Counted from the stretch's first letter, positions 9,166 through 18,852 are shown. The stretch: DNA of 34,193 nucleotides from an uncultured Candidatus Saccharibacteria bacterium (GCA_964494545.1 CAZBRN010000001.1:1-34193); one strand, 5' to 3'. Made by a program: numbers and translations. Notes: generated from the sequence alone by a model not told the origin.

Positions 9166-9882
9166 TTAATTACCGAACCGACGTTTCCGACGTGAAAACT
9201 CTTCCAAAGCACGCGTAAGGTCAGTCACAGTAAACGCCGGCCAGTACGTATCTACAAAATAAAGCTCGCTATACGCTAATCTCCAGAGCATAAAGTTGCT
9301 TATCCTTAGTTCACCTGATGTTCTAATCATAAAATCAACGGGCGGAATGTCTGGAGCATATAAATTCTTCTCAATATCGGCAGTGGAAATCTCGTGTATA
9401 CCGGGGCTACTTTTCAAGACATTATTTACAGCCGAAACAATTTCTTGTTGCCCGCCATAATTTAGACAGAGTGCTAGTGAGCCTGCGGTATTATCTTTTG
9501 TTAGTTCTTCGGCCTTATGAATAGACGCCAGTATTTCTTGGCTTAGTTTTTCGGATAATCCTAGAAAGCGAACTCGTATATTTTGTTTATGTAGCTCTTT
9601 AACTTCAGTTTTTGCGATATGAAGGAGTAGTTTCATTAAATAATCTACTTCGTGCTTGCTTCGATTCCAATTCTCAGTCGAAAAAACATACGCAGACACA
9701 TATTGAATACCTTGCCGTATAGCTTCAGTGCCAATTGTCTTTAGGTTTTCGTATCCTTTTCGGTGACCTTCAAGAGTTGGCATCCCGTTTTCGATTGCCC
9801 AGCGTCTGTTGCCATCAAGAATTAACCCAAGATGAACTGGTATTGAATTTGGATTTACAGTCAAATGTATCCTTTCAAGCAA
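9166..9882 (-). CDS. uppS: isoprenyl transferase (undecaprenyl-diphosphate synthase)
   Basis: 238 aa; LILDGNRRWA, FSTENWNRS, RTSGELRISNFMLWRLAYSELYF. TTG start. Confidence 0.95.
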   Translation of the reverse strand: MLERIHLTVNPNSIPVHLGLILDGNRRWAIENGMPTLEGHRKGYENLKTIGTEAIRQGIQYVSAYVFSTENWNRSKHEVDYLMKLLLHIAKTEVKELHKQNIRVRFLGLSEKLSQEILASIHKAEELTKDNTAGSLALCLNYGGQQEIVSAVNNVLKSSPGIHEISTADIEKNLYAPDIPPVDFMIRTSGELRISNFMLWRLAYSELYFVDTYWPAFTVTDLTRALEEFSRRKRRFGN

Positions 9883-9896
9883 CGATCGATTCGAAG

Positions 9897-10457
9897 CTAA
9901 ATTTTCATGATTTCGGCTTCTTTAGCCTTGCCTAGAGATTCGGCTTCAGATTTCGATCGCGTAATTTGATCATCAATCTGACCAACGAGACGTTTTGCTT
10001 CGTCTTCGCCAATGGATTTATCTTTTTTAGCTTGATCAATTGTATTGATAGCATCATGACGCACAGATCGCATTGCGATCATGCATTCTTCTAGTTTTGC
10101 GCCCACCTGCTTTGTAATTTCTCGTCGACGTTCTTCGTTCAACGCAGGTATCGAAACACGTACTACGCGGCCGTCATCGCTTGGATTTAGCCCAAGAGAC
10201 TGTGCATCACGAATAGCATTCGATATTGCCTGGATACTGCTCGGGTCAAAGGGGGTAATCTGCAGAAGTTGTGCTTCTGGTGCGGTAACATTTGCCACTT
10301 GATTTAGAGGCATGCTACTTCCGTAAACTTCCACAGTTATGCCATCAAGCATCCCTGCGCTTGCACGACCAGTACGTAGTTTTTTGAGTTCATCTTTAAA
10401 TCGATCAACTGCCTGGGTAAATTTTACTTGAGATTGTTGTACGGTGTTTTCATTCAT
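9897..10457 (-). CDS. frr: ribosome recycling factor
   Basis: 186 aa; typical RRF sequence (LRTGRASAGMLDGITVEVYGS...NEERRREITKQ). Confidence 0.95.
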   Translation of the reverse strand: MNENTVQQSQVKFTQAVDRFKDELKKLRTGRASAGMLDGITVEVYGSSMPLNQVANVTAPEAQLLQITPFDPSSIQAISNAIRDAQSLGLNPSDDGRVVRVSIPALNEERRREITKQVGAKLEECMIAMRSVRHDAINTIDQAKKDKSIGEDEAKRLVGQIDDQITRSKSEAESLGKAKEAEIMKI

Positions 10458-10464
10458 ACGAATT

Positions 10465-10473
10465 AGTATACCA
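10465..10473 (-). promoter_or_regulatory. extended -10 promoter TGgTATACT 7 nt upstream of the frr ATG
   Basis: Minus strand reads TGGTATACT-AATTCGT-ATG, inside the 25-bp tsf-frr gap; no SD. Confidence 0.5.
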
Positions 10474-10482
10474 CTTTGATGC

Positions 10483-11079
10483 TTAAGCTACTTCACCAAG
10501 CGCGATACGACTAAACCGTCGGACAACGATATTTTCACCCATTCGGGCATTAGCATCTTTGACGATCTGACCTACGGTCAAATCAGGGTCTTTAACAAAT
10601 GGTTGTTCAAGCAAACATCGTTCTGCGAAATATTTTTTAAGCATTCCTTCGACAATATTTTCGAGCATCGCGTCAGGTTTACCTTCTGCTTTTGCCTTTT
10701 CGGTGAATTCAGCTTTCTTAGCGTCTCGGACGTCAGCCGGGATTTGATCCATGCTTAGAAACTCAGGAGAAACTGCTGCGATATGCATGCCAAGGTCTTT
10801 GACAAGCTCAGCAAATTCATCGGTTTTTGCGACAAAATCAGTTTCACAGTTTACTTCAGTCAGTACACCTATACGACCGTCATGGTTATAGGTTCCGATG
10901 AGCCCTGCACGCGCTTCTCGTTCACCGCGTTTTTCAGCTTTGGTGAGACCTTTTTTGCGCATAGCTTCTAGCGCTTTATCGAAATCACCATCTACTTCTT
11001 CAAGAGCTTTTTTTGCGTCAGTAAGACCTACGCCCGTTAAGCTTTTAAGTCGTTTGATGTCTTCAATTGCTACCTTCAT
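10483..11079 (-). CDS. tsf: translation elongation factor Ts (short form)
   Basis: 198 aa; N-terminal UBA-like IKRLKSLTGVGLTDAKKALEE; 4-nt overlap with the rpsB stop; SD GGAG. Confidence 0.95.
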   Translation of the reverse strand: MKVAIEDIKRLKSLTGVGLTDAKKALEEVDGDFDKALEAMRKKGLTKAEKRGEREARAGLIGTYNHDGRIGVLTEVNCETDFVAKTDEFAELVKDLGMHIAAVSPEFLSMDQIPADVRDAKKAEFTEKAKAEGKPDAMLENIVEGMLKKYFAERCLLEQPFVKDPDLTVGQIVKDANARMGENIVVRRFSRIALGEVA

Positions 11080-11813
11080 TTTTCTTCTCCATCCTCTTTT
11101 TTATCTGCAGCTGGTGCAGCTTTCTGTTTTGCTTTTCCTTCGGCAATTGCACTCTTTATATAATCAAGAATTAGTTGGATTGTCTTTATAGCGTCGTCAT
11201 TGGCTGGGATCGGATATGTAATATCAGAAGGATCTGCGTTCGTGTCAGCAATAGCGATTGTTTTAAGACCGAGTTTTTTAGCTTCTTTGAGGACGTTAGT
11301 TTCGTTGATTATATCAACAACAAATACTGCACCTGGTCGAGCGGCAAGATCCTTGATTCCACCGTAAAGGAAGTTCATCTGATCAATTTCTTCTTGGAAT
11401 CGCTGGACTTCGAGCTTATTGTATTTAGCTTCGAGCTGCCCATTCTCCATGCGCGCTTCAATATCTTTTAGATGCTTGATGCGTTCACCGATTGTCTTTT
11501 TATTAGTTAGCATGCCACCGAGCCAACGCTCAGTCACAAAAGGCATCCCTGCTTCTTTTGCAGCTTGCTGGACGATATCTTTTGCCTGCCTTTTTGTGCC
11601 GACAAATAAAATTTGTTTGCCCTCTGATACTGTCTTAGTAATAAATGGCAACGCCTCTTCGAGTGCAGTAACAGTCTTCGTTAAGTCGATGATATGTGTA
11701 CCATCTCTTTTACTATGAATGTACTGAGCCATTTTAGGATGCCATCGGCTTGTTTTATGTCCGAAATGCGCACCTGCCTGCAATAAATCTTTAATGTCTA
11801 CTTCTGTAGCCAT
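11076..11813 (-). CDS. rpsB: 30S ribosomal protein S2
   Basis: 245 aa; LLQAGAHFGHKTSRWHPKM and the rest of the S2 fold; lysine/acidic-rich C-terminal tail. Confidence 0.97.
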   Translation of the reverse strand: MATEVDIKDLLQAGAHFGHKTSRWHPKMAQYIHSKRDGTHIIDLTKTVTALEEALPFITKTVSEGKQILFVGTKRQAKDIVQQAAKEAGMPFVTERWLGGMLTNKKTIGERIKHLKDIEARMENGQLEAKYNKLEVQRFQEEIDQMNFLYGGIKDLAARPGAVFVVDIINETNVLKEAKKLGLKTIAIADTNADPSDITYPIPANDDAIKTIQLILDYIKSAIAEGKAKQKAAPAADKKEDGEEK

Positions 11814-11918
11814 GGTTAGTAAATCCTTTCACTTCGATAGTTGGTTGCCTGAGTTTCTCTCCGCGAGGATTGAATCAGGAGGATTATTCCATCTATCTGA
11901 TTAATAATAAGTACTCCT

Positions 11919-11947
11919 ATACTACCAGGTATCTACCTCTGTTGCAA
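11919..11947 (-). promoter_or_regulatory. rpsB promoter
   Basis: Minus strand TTGCAA (11947..11942)-17 nt-TAGTAT (11924..11919); leaves a leader of about 100 nt. Confidence 0.55.
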
Positions 11948-11978
11948 TACCAATCTAGCCAATAGATCTTAAAGATGA

Positions 11979-12007
11979 TTGACGTATCCACCCCTGATGT
12001 GTATAAT
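11979..12007 (+). promoter_or_regulatory. rpmE promoter
   Basis: TTGACG (11979..11984)-17 nt-TATAAT (12002..12007); the ATG lies 12 nt after the -10, so the leader would be about 5-6 nt. Confidence 0.65.
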
Positions 12008-12019
12008 TTAGATCTGATT

Positions 12020-12346
12020 ATGAAAAAAGCATTACACCCAAAGAACTACCGCCCAGTCGTCTTCAAAGACTTGAATAACGACGTCATGTTTCTAACGCAA
12101 TCCACCGTTGCGAGCGATACGACAATTAAATGGGAGGACGGAAACGAATATCCACTTATTACCGTACATATTAGCAGTGCGTCTCACCCTTTCTTTACTG
12201 GCCAAGAAAAGATGATCGACATCGAAGGACGAGTTGATCGATTTAAGGCACGTCAAGATGCAGCTGCAAAGCGCAAAGAAGCCGCGATTGCTAAAGCGAA
12301 CAAAATTCGTGTCCGAAAAAACGCCGACACAGTAGACGCTCAATAG
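12020..12346 (+). CDS. rpmE: 50S ribosomal protein L31, type B (no CxxC zinc motif)
   Basis: [10 protein letters not shown]...HPFFTG is the L31 signature. The upstream 15 codons of the ORF track overlap the promoter, so the start is set at ATG 12020. Lys/Ala-rich C-terminal extension. Confidence 0.9.
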   Translation: MKKALHPKNYRPVVFKDLNNDVMFLTQSTVASDTTIKWEDGNEYPLITVHISSASHPFFTGQEKMIDIEGRVDRFKARQDAAAKRKEAAIAKANKIRVRKNADTVDAQ

Positions 12347-12362
12347 TTATAACCGCAAAATA

Positions 12363-12398
12363 ACAGCCAGAATTTTATATTTCTGGCTGTTTTCTTTT
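12363..12398 (+). terminator. rho-independent terminator of rpmE
   Basis: Perfect 10-bp stem ACAGCCAGAA (12363..12372) / TTCTGGCTGT (12381..12390), 8-nt loop, tail TTTCTTTT. Confidence 0.85.
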
Positions 12399-12428
12399 AT
12401 ACTACCTAGGCAGATAGAACCATACCCC

Positions 12429-13490
12429 ATGAATAGCAAGCAACAACATCTACAAGAAGAATACAATTCCCTTCAGGAGCAACTAAACGATCCTGCTATT
12501 TTTAGTTCCAAAAATTACCCTAAGCTAGCTAAACGAGTTAACGAACTCGAGAAAACCCTCAATCTATTTAAAGAGATTTCTCAACTCAAAGATCATAGCG
12601 GTGAGGCTCTGCTAATGAGCCAAGACAGTGACGCAGAAATGGCTGCAATGGCTAAGGAAGAGCTTGCACAGATAACGACTAAAATAGAACTCGCAGAACA
12701 GGAGCTCGCCTTACTATTAACACCGAAAGATCCGAATGATGAACGTGATGCTATTGTAGAAATCCGTGGAGCTGCTGGTGGAGATGAAGCAAGCCTCTTT
12801 GCTGGCGATCTGTTTCGAATGTATACGCGTTGGTGCGAGACAAAAAATTTCAAGATCGAGCTTATCAGCGAGAACGTCAATGAAGTCGGCGGTTTCAAAG
12901 AAGTTGTTTTCGCAGTTCGAGGGGTGGAAGTATTTAAAGTATTGAAATTTGAAGCTGGTGTTCATCGAGTTCAAAGAGTACCCAGTACAGAATCTCAAGG
13001 CAGAATACATACGAGTACCGTTACGGTATCTATTTTGCCAGAAGCAGAAGAAACCGATGTTGAGATTAATCCTCAAGATCTCAGAATCGATGTCTATCGG
13101 AGTAGTGGCCATGGCGGTCAGAGCGTGAACACTACCGACTCTGCCGTTAGAATTACTCATATTCCTTCTGGTCTCGTAGTTACCTGCCAAGATGAAAAAT
13201 CTCAAATAAAGAACAAGGATAAGGCGATGGGTGTACTTCGTTCTCGTCTACTCCAAATTAAGATAGATGAAGAACAGAAGCAGTTATCCGATGCTCGTAA
13301 AAAATTGGTAGGCTCTGGTGACAGAAGCGAGAAAATCCGCACCTACAATTTCCCACAAGATCGCATCACTGATCATCGTATTGGCTATAGCCGAAGCAAC
13401 ATCCCTGGCGCCTTGAATGGTGAAATCGATGACCTCATTGAGGCGCTTCAAAATTACGAACAGCAGTTAATCCATAATGAAAATAGCTGA
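12429..13490 (+). CDS. prfA: peptide chain release factor 1
   Basis: 353 aa; the PST tripeptide (RF1-type PxT) in [13 protein letters not shown] and the GGQ motif in [24 protein letters not shown]. Confidence 0.97.
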   Translation: MNSKQQHLQEEYNSLQEQLNDPAIFSSKNYPKLAKRVNELEKTLNLFKEISQLKDHSGEALLMSQDSDAEMAAMAKEELAQITTKIELAEQELALLLTPKDPNDERDAIVEIRGAAGGDEASLFAGDLFRMYTRWCETKNFKIELISENVNEVGGFKEVVFAVRGVEVFKVLKFEAGVHRVQRVPSTESQGRIHTSTVTVSILPEAEETDVEINPQDLRIDVYRSSGHGGQSVNTTDSAVRITHIPSGLVVTCQDEKSQIKNKDKAMGVLRSRLLQIKIDEEQKQLSDARKKLVGSGDRSEKIRTYNFPQDRITDHRIGYSRSNIPGALNGEIDDLIEALQNYEQQLIHNENS

Positions 13491-14286
13491 TTGGCTCACT
13501 CGAAGTACTCGAGACCTATCGATCTTAGGAATAGAATCTGCACGACTCGATAGCATAATCCTACTAGAATATGTACTTCAAAAAGATCGAGTTCATATTA
13601 TGAGTCATGGTGATGACTCAATATCAACAACGGAGACCAAATTACTTGCTCAGCTACTCCGTCGGCGCAAGAATAATGAACCTATTGCATACCTCATTGG
13701 CACAAAAGAGTTTTATGGGAGAAGCTTTATCGTTTCACCAGATGTCCTCATTCCCCGACCAGAGTCTGAAGATATCATTGAGATTATAAACTCGTTATCG
13801 CTCGCATCATCATCCACAGTACTTGATATAGGTACTGGCTCGGGAGTACTCGCGGTAACTGCATCACTTGAATTTCCAAATTTAGATGTTTTTGGGGTTG
13901 ATATAGACCCTAAAGCTCTTTTAGTTGCGAAAGAAAACAACGACCGACTTCGCGCAAGGGTTACGTTCAGGGTGAGTGATTTACTTTCGAACGCACAAAC
14001 GGCAGCTGATTGCATTATCGCTAACTTACCCTATGTGGCGCCAGATCAGTCAATCTCCCCATCCGCTACTTTTGAACCTCCCCTCGCCCTATTTGCAGAT
14101 AATGATGGACTAGACCTAATTTACAAACTTATCGATCAGGTTTCCAAAGGTACGCTAAATCCAAATGGCTTTTTAATTGTAGAGTCAGAGCCAAGACAGC
14201 ACACCAGGATTCAATCATATGCCGAAGATAGGGGGTTAAACCTCGTGCGAACGACTTACTTCATCCAGCTATTTCAAAAGAACTAG
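13477..14286 (+). CDS. prmC: release factor glutamine N5-methyltransferase PrmC/HemK
   Basis: 269 aa; SAM motif [11 protein letters not shown]; catalytic tetrapeptide present as NLPY (usually NPPY); 14-nt overlap with prfA, the usual partner. Confidence 0.88.
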   Translation: MKIADWLTRSTRDLSILGIESARLDSIILLEYVLQKDRVHIMSHGDDSISTTETKLLAQLLRRRKNNEPIAYLIGTKEFYGRSFIVSPDVLIPRPESEDIIEIINSLSLASSSTVLDIGTGSGVLAVTASLEFPNLDVFGVDIDPKALLVAKENNDRLRARVTFRVSDLLSNAQTAADCIIANLPYVAPDQSISPSATFEPPLALFADNDGLDLIYKLIDQVSKGTLNPNGFLIVESEPRQHTRIQSYAEDRGLNLVRTTYFIQLFQKN

Positions 14287-14300
14287 CTAGTTTTTTACGA

Positions 14301-15509
14301 TTACTGCTCAGGTGCTGCCTGCAAGTTAGCATCCAAAGTTATTTCTTTACCATCCCGTATCACACTCAGCTTTACTGAGTCGCCAACGCCTAAGCGGCCC
14401 AGAATAGAAGTGAGACTATTTTTTTCATTAATTTTTTCTGATCCAACGCTCACAATTATATCTTTTTCTTTGAGCCCTGCTTTTTCGGCGGGGCTTCCCG
14501 AAATTACCACTGATTGACCACTTTGAGGTTCGAGATACGCACCTCTTTTTACTGGTAGATTATATTGATAGGCATAATCATCGGTAAGTGAAACATACCG
14601 AACCCCCAGATAAGGTCGAATAAGCTTACCTTTGGCAAGCACTCCTTTGATCAATCCTTGCACATCGTTTATCGGTATTGCGAATCCGATATTCTCAGCA
14701 TTTCCGGCTATTGCTGTATTGATTGCGATTACTTCACCGCTGGCATTTACGAGTGGACCACCTGAATTTCCAGGGTTTATCGCTGTATCAGTCTGAAATA
14801 AATTCTGGAGTGTTTCATTAGACGTTCCGTTTTCATTTCCTGCTTCTAGACTCCTCCCGAAGCCTGAGATTATGCCGGCCGTAACAGTATTTTGGAATTG
14901 CCCTAAAGCGTTTCCTATAGCGACCACTTTATCTCCTACGAGAACCTTGCTTGAATCTGCGAGCTTAACAGGAACGAGTGTTTTCCCTTTTTTATCAGTG
15001 ATTTTAAGGAATGCAACATCAAGACTATCTGATTCATTAGTCCTTCCAATTACTTCGACCTTATCCAAGGTGGTGCCGTCCGACAAAGTAATACTTACTG
15101 TATCGGTTCCAAGCGGTACAACGTGACGATTTGTTATTATAATGCCGTCTGAATTTAGTATAAAACCTGTTCCAGCGCTTTTTTGGTCACCAAATGATTG
15201 GCCAAATATGTTTTGCGCTGTGGCTTTCGAAGTAACATTAACCGAGACTACACTTTGTCCAACATTGGTAGCAATTTCATTTATGAGTCTACTTTCGTTA
15301 ACCACTACTTGTTTTGTAACACTTGATGTTGCGTTACCTGAAAGGGTCGTTTGCGAAGATCCAAATCTGCCACCTACGAAACCAACGAGCAGACACGCAA
15401 GCAGAAATAAGCTTCTATCTAGAAATACTTTGCGACTGCTAGCGCCTTTAGTTTTGTATGTAATAAAAGTACTTATTGACGATTTAGTAGATGATTTAAT
15501 ATCAGACAT
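14301..15509 (-). CDS. HtrA/DegP-family serine protease with a C-terminal PDZ domain (membrane anchored)
   Basis: Catalytic triad contexts ITNRHVV, DVAFLKI, GNSGGPL; PDZ GSPAEKAGLKEKDIIVSV. ATG at 15509 is preceded by AGGAGG with a 6-nt spacer, so it is preferred over the GTG at 15515. Confidence 0.9.
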   Translation of the reverse strand: MSDIKSSTKSSISTFITYKTKGASSRKVFLDRSLFLLACLLVGFVGGRFGSSQTTLSGNATSSVTKQVVVNESRLINEIATNVGQSVVSVNVTSKATAQNIFGQSFGDQKSAGTGFILNSDGIIITNRHVVPLGTDTVSITLSDGTTLDKVEVIGRTNESDSLDVAFLKITDKKGKTLVPVKLADSSKVLVGDKVVAIGNALGQFQNTVTAGIISGFGRSLEAGNENGTSNETLQNLFQTDTAINPGNSGGPLVNASGEVIAINTAIAGNAENIGFAIPINDVQGLIKGVLAKGKLIRPYLGVRYVSLTDDYAYQYNLPVKRGAYLEPQSGQSVVISGSPAEKAGLKEKDIIVSVGSEKINEKNSLTSILGRLGVGDSVKLSVIRDGKEITLDANLQAAPEQ

Positions 15510-15533
15510 GCACACCCTCCTGCTTTTTAAATA

Positions 15534-16283
15534 CTAAATAGTTTTATCAGCCCAGTCTGAAAATAGTAATGCTATTATTATGACCGATATAACAACGAAT
15601 ATTATTTGCCTTCTAAGGACAATTGACATCCTATCTGTTTTTTCAAGGTAATATATGCCGCCGAAGCCAAATCCGATAACTGTCAGTAATAACGCCGGCT
15701 GTGCTACTGCACCGTAAAAAAGTAGCCAGTGACTTAGAACCCATACGAGAGCAGCGCCAAAATACGACCATGCTCCTGCCAAATATCTCGACATTGATTC
15801 CTCAAATCCGGCAAAAAAATGTCTCGCTGCGCTATAGCAAATCACCCATGTCAATAGAATAAGTACTACTGATGATGCCTGGCCCCACGCGATGAAGATT
15901 GCCGTAAGTCCGAGCGCCTGACTTGCCAGAGCTTGAAGCGTAATTCCAAGCGAACTTGCCATAGGCTTAAGTGTTAAAAGCCAGAATCCATATGCAACTG
16001 CCCATAGCAGCTGAACCGACTGCAAATCCGTATGAGTCATGAAGATAAGTACTGATAAACCTACGATAATATCTACAGCGTTAGCCCTAATGTTGGCAGG
16101 CCAGTGTCGTGGTTTTACGGAAAACATCCGCCATTTGCTCAGCAATACTAAGCTCACCGCTATCTGCACAAAACCAGTTCGAATAAATATAAATATTAGT
16201 GCAGGCAACAAACTTGTTAAGCCTATATGAATTAGATGCGAAAAACCTAGTGCAGGTTTAATTTTAGCCGTAATTTGTCCCAT
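15534..16283 (-). CDS. hypothetical polytopic membrane protein
   Basis: 249 aa with about 7-8 hydrophobic segments and no motif I recognise. TAGAAT sits 7 nt upstream of the ATG. Confidence 0.6.
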   Translation of the reverse strand: MGQITAKIKPALGFSHLIHIGLTSLLPALIFIFIRTGFVQIAVSLVLLSKWRMFSVKPRHWPANIRANAVDIIVGLSVLIFMTHTDLQSVQLLWAVAYGFWLLTLKPMASSLGITLQALASQALGLTAIFIAWGQASSVVLILLTWVICYSAARHFFAGFEESMSRYLAGAWSYFGAALVWVLSHWLLFYGAVAQPALLLTVIGFGFGGIYYLEKTDRMSIVLRRQIIFVVISVIIIALLFSDWADKTI

Positions 16284-16383
16284 ATTGTATATTCTATTAT
16301 AGCAAAAATACTAAATGTTTGTGAGCTGTTTTATCATCGTTTTTATGTGCATGATTATATAAATTCGAGTATAGTAGGATCAT

Positions 16384-17082
16384 ATGCCTCCACAAAATAC
16401 GACCGACACCGACAATGTAGAATCTCAAGTAAGCGTAGTCTCAAACGAGCAGACGACGGGTATTGTTGACCAAGAAAATCCAGAAGAACAAGATTCCAAT
16501 AGCAAAAAAGATGGCATAAAAAGTATCCTTTCAACGGTAGCAATTCTTGTAATTGCACCTCTCATTGCACTTAGTCTAACGGCATTCGTATTCCAGTCAT
16601 ACGAAGTTGACGGGCCAAGTATGCAAACCACTTTGCAAAACCATGACAGACTTATTGTCTATAAATTACCTCGCACGATTGCGAAGATCACCGGCCGTCC
16701 TTACGTACCCAAACGAACTGATATCATTATATTTAGCAGGAATGATAGCTTAGAATTCGGCTCAGATAAGCCAAGGCAACTTGTCAAACGCGTCATAGCA
16801 CTCCCTGGCGAGAGAGTTACCGTGAAAAATAGTGTCGTGACAGTCTATAACAATGAACATCCCGAGGGTTTTAAGCCTGATGAAGAAAACAAATATGGGA
16901 AAGTTATTACGAATACCTCTGGAGATATAGATCTTACTGTACCTACCGATTCCATTTTCGTATGCGGAGACAACCGACCAAACTCACTAGATTCTCGGGC
17001 ATTCGGCCCCGTTCCACTTACTGATGTCGTTGGTAAACTGTCACTTCGTGTTTACCCTTTTAAATCGGGTCAATCGTTTTAG
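16384..17082 (+). CDS. lepB: signal peptidase I
   Basis: 232 aa; a TM, then GPSMQTTL (catalytic Ser), KRVIALPGE (catalytic Lys) and GDNRPNSLDSR. Confidence 0.92.
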   Translation: MPPQNTTDTDNVESQVSVVSNEQTTGIVDQENPEEQDSNSKKDGIKSILSTVAILVIAPLIALSLTAFVFQSYEVDGPSMQTTLQNHDRLIVYKLPRTIAKITGRPYVPKRTDIIIFSRNDSLEFGSDKPRQLVKRVIALPGERVTVKNSVVTVYNNEHPEGFKPDEENKYGKVITNTSGDIDLTVPTDSIFVCGDNRPNSLDSRAFGPVPLTDVVGKLSLRVYPFKSGQSF

Positions 17083-17104
17083 CCCTAATCAGGAAATGTA
17101 CCCG

Positions 17105-17959
17105 CTATTTTGAGATTGTTGCAATAATTCGTTTTAATTCGGCTTCACTTGTAAATTTAATCTCTAATTTTCCACCTTTGGCAGTTCGGCGAAGGGTAAC
17201 TGGTGCTCGTAATAGTTTCGTTAACCGTTCGGTCTGAGGAGAAGTTGTAGCAACTTTTTTCTCTGCTACGTCACTCGTTTTTGCCCCTTTTTTATGAGCT
17301 ACAACGTAGCGCTCTGTTTCTCGAACAGACCATTTTTTTTGCAGTATAAGTTTTAAAAGCTCGATTTTATCGGAATCACTTTTTATACCAAGAATTGCTC
17401 TTGCGTGACCTTCTGATATCTTCTCATCCCTTAAAGCTTGCTGGACCCCATCGGGTAGTTGGAGAAGACGGGCACAGTTTTGAACTGTTGCTGATGCCTT
17501 TCCAAGCTTTATACCAATAGTGGCATAGTCGAGGCTAAATTGTTGGTGCAAAAACTCAATTGAAGCTGCTTGTTCAAGTGGTGATAAGTTTACCCGCTGT
17601 ACATTCTCGACGAGAGCAATCTCAAGTCGTTCAAGTTGCTCCGATGATCGCACGATTGCTGGCACACTCTGAAGACCAGCGATTTTTGCTGCGCGCCATC
17701 TTCGCTCGCCGGCAATAATATAGAATTTATCACCATTTGGAGTTATCACGATCGGCTGAATAATCCCGTGTTGCTTAATAGATTTTGCTAGGTCATGAAG
17801 ATTTTCTTCATCAAAATGAACGCGTGGTTGTTCGGGGTTCGCCTGCAACTGCGTTACTGGTATATTTTGAATACGCTTGTCCTCAGAAGACAAGATCGCT
17901 GTATCGAAATTCTTTGGTATAAGAGACTCAAATCCTCTTCCTAATTTACTTGCTGACAC
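17105..17959 (-). CDS. parB: chromosome partitioning protein ParB/Spo0J
   Basis: 284 aa; ParB box IIAGERRWRAAK, an HTH region, and a C-terminal dimerisation segment. Confidence 0.93.
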   Translation of the reverse strand: MSASKLGRGFESLIPKNFDTAILSSEDKRIQNIPVTQLQANPEQPRVHFDEENLHDLAKSIKQHGIIQPIVITPNGDKFYIIAGERRWRAAKIAGLQSVPAIVRSSEQLERLEIALVENVQRVNLSPLEQAASIEFLHQQFSLDYATIGIKLGKASATVQNCARLLQLPDGVQQALRDEKISEGHARAILGIKSDSDKIELLKLILQKKWSVRETERYVVAHKKGAKTSDVAEKKVATTSPQTERLTKLLRAPVTLRRTAKGGKLEIKFTSEAELKRIIATISK

Positions 17960-18707
17960 GACTGTCGATCTCCTTTGCTAAATTCTTATAACTTCTTGCG
18001 CCTTTTGACCACTTATCATGCTCAAGAATAGACTTACCAAAACTAGGTGCCTCTGCTAAACGAACGTTCCTGGGAATGATTGTCTTTAGTAGTTTAGTGT
18101 CAAAATGCTTTTTCACTTCAGCAACAACTTGTTCAGATAATGATGTCCGGGCGTCGTACATAGTAATCACAATACCTAGGAGCTCGAGCCGGCTATTTAA
18201 ACCACCGCGAACACGCTGAATAACGTCTAGCAACTGGCCCAGTCCTTCAAGCGCATAATATTCAGCTTGTACCGGAACGAGTACTAAATCTGCTGCAGTA
18301 AGTGCGTTTAGACTAAGCAGACCAAGTGAAGGCGGACAATCGATAAGAACATAATCATATTCAATATGCTGCAATGCAGCCTTTAACCGAAATTCTCGCT
18401 TATCCTCTGATGCTAAATCCACTTCAGCTGCAGCAAGCTGCGAGTTAGTAGGCATAATATGGACACCCGCTAGTGCAGTCTCCGTAATTAGAGCCGTTGG
18501 CTGAATTGTTTCAAATAGCACGTCATATACCGTACAATCCAGATGCTGTTTTTCTATTCCAAGACCGCTGGTAGCGTTCCCTTGCGGGTCTAAATCAACT
18601 ATTAGTACAGACCGACCGAGCTTAGCGAGATAAGCTGCAAGGTTAATTACGGTCGTCGTTTTACCGACACCACCTTTCTGGTTTAAGACTGCAATTATTT
18701 TTCCCAT
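17946..18707 (-). CDS. parA: ParA/Soj family chromosome partitioning ATPase
   Basis: 253 aa; deviant Walker A NQKGGVGKTT; 14-nt overlap with parB. Confidence 0.95.
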   Translation of the reverse strand: MGKIIAVLNQKGGVGKTTTVINLAAYLAKLGRSVLIVDLDPQGNATSGLGIEKQHLDCTVYDVLFETIQPTALITETALAGVHIMPTNSQLAAAEVDLASEDKREFRLKAALQHIEYDYVLIDCPPSLGLLSLNALTAADLVLVPVQAEYYALEGLGQLLDVIQRVRGGLNSRLELLGIVITMYDARTSLSEQVVAEVKKHFDTKLLKTIIPRNVRLAEAPSFGKSILEHDKWSKGARSYKNLAKEIDSRVSK

Positions 18708-18822
18708 TTTCTTTTCCCTAATGCTTCTAGATTAGCATCTCTAGCCCTCTTTCGCTAGCATTCATTCCTGAGGATTATACAGCTAGCCGGATAATGCTAT
18801 TGCTTATTATTTATGTCTATTA

Positions 18823-18852
18823 AAGAAACGCTCCCAGATGGAAGCGTTTCTT
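18823..18852 (-). terminator. hairpin terminator downstream of rplU
   Basis: 10-bp stem AAGAAACGCT / AGCGTTTCTT with a 10-nt loop. On the minus strand it ends ...UUUCUU-UAAU, so the U tract is partly inside the stem. Confidence 0.5.

Noticed and set aside
17314-17328. A parS-like imperfect palindrome, CTGTTTCTCGAACAG, inside parB.
   Set aside because: Only 5-bp arms match, and the central CACGTG core of parS is absent, so it is likely coincidental.
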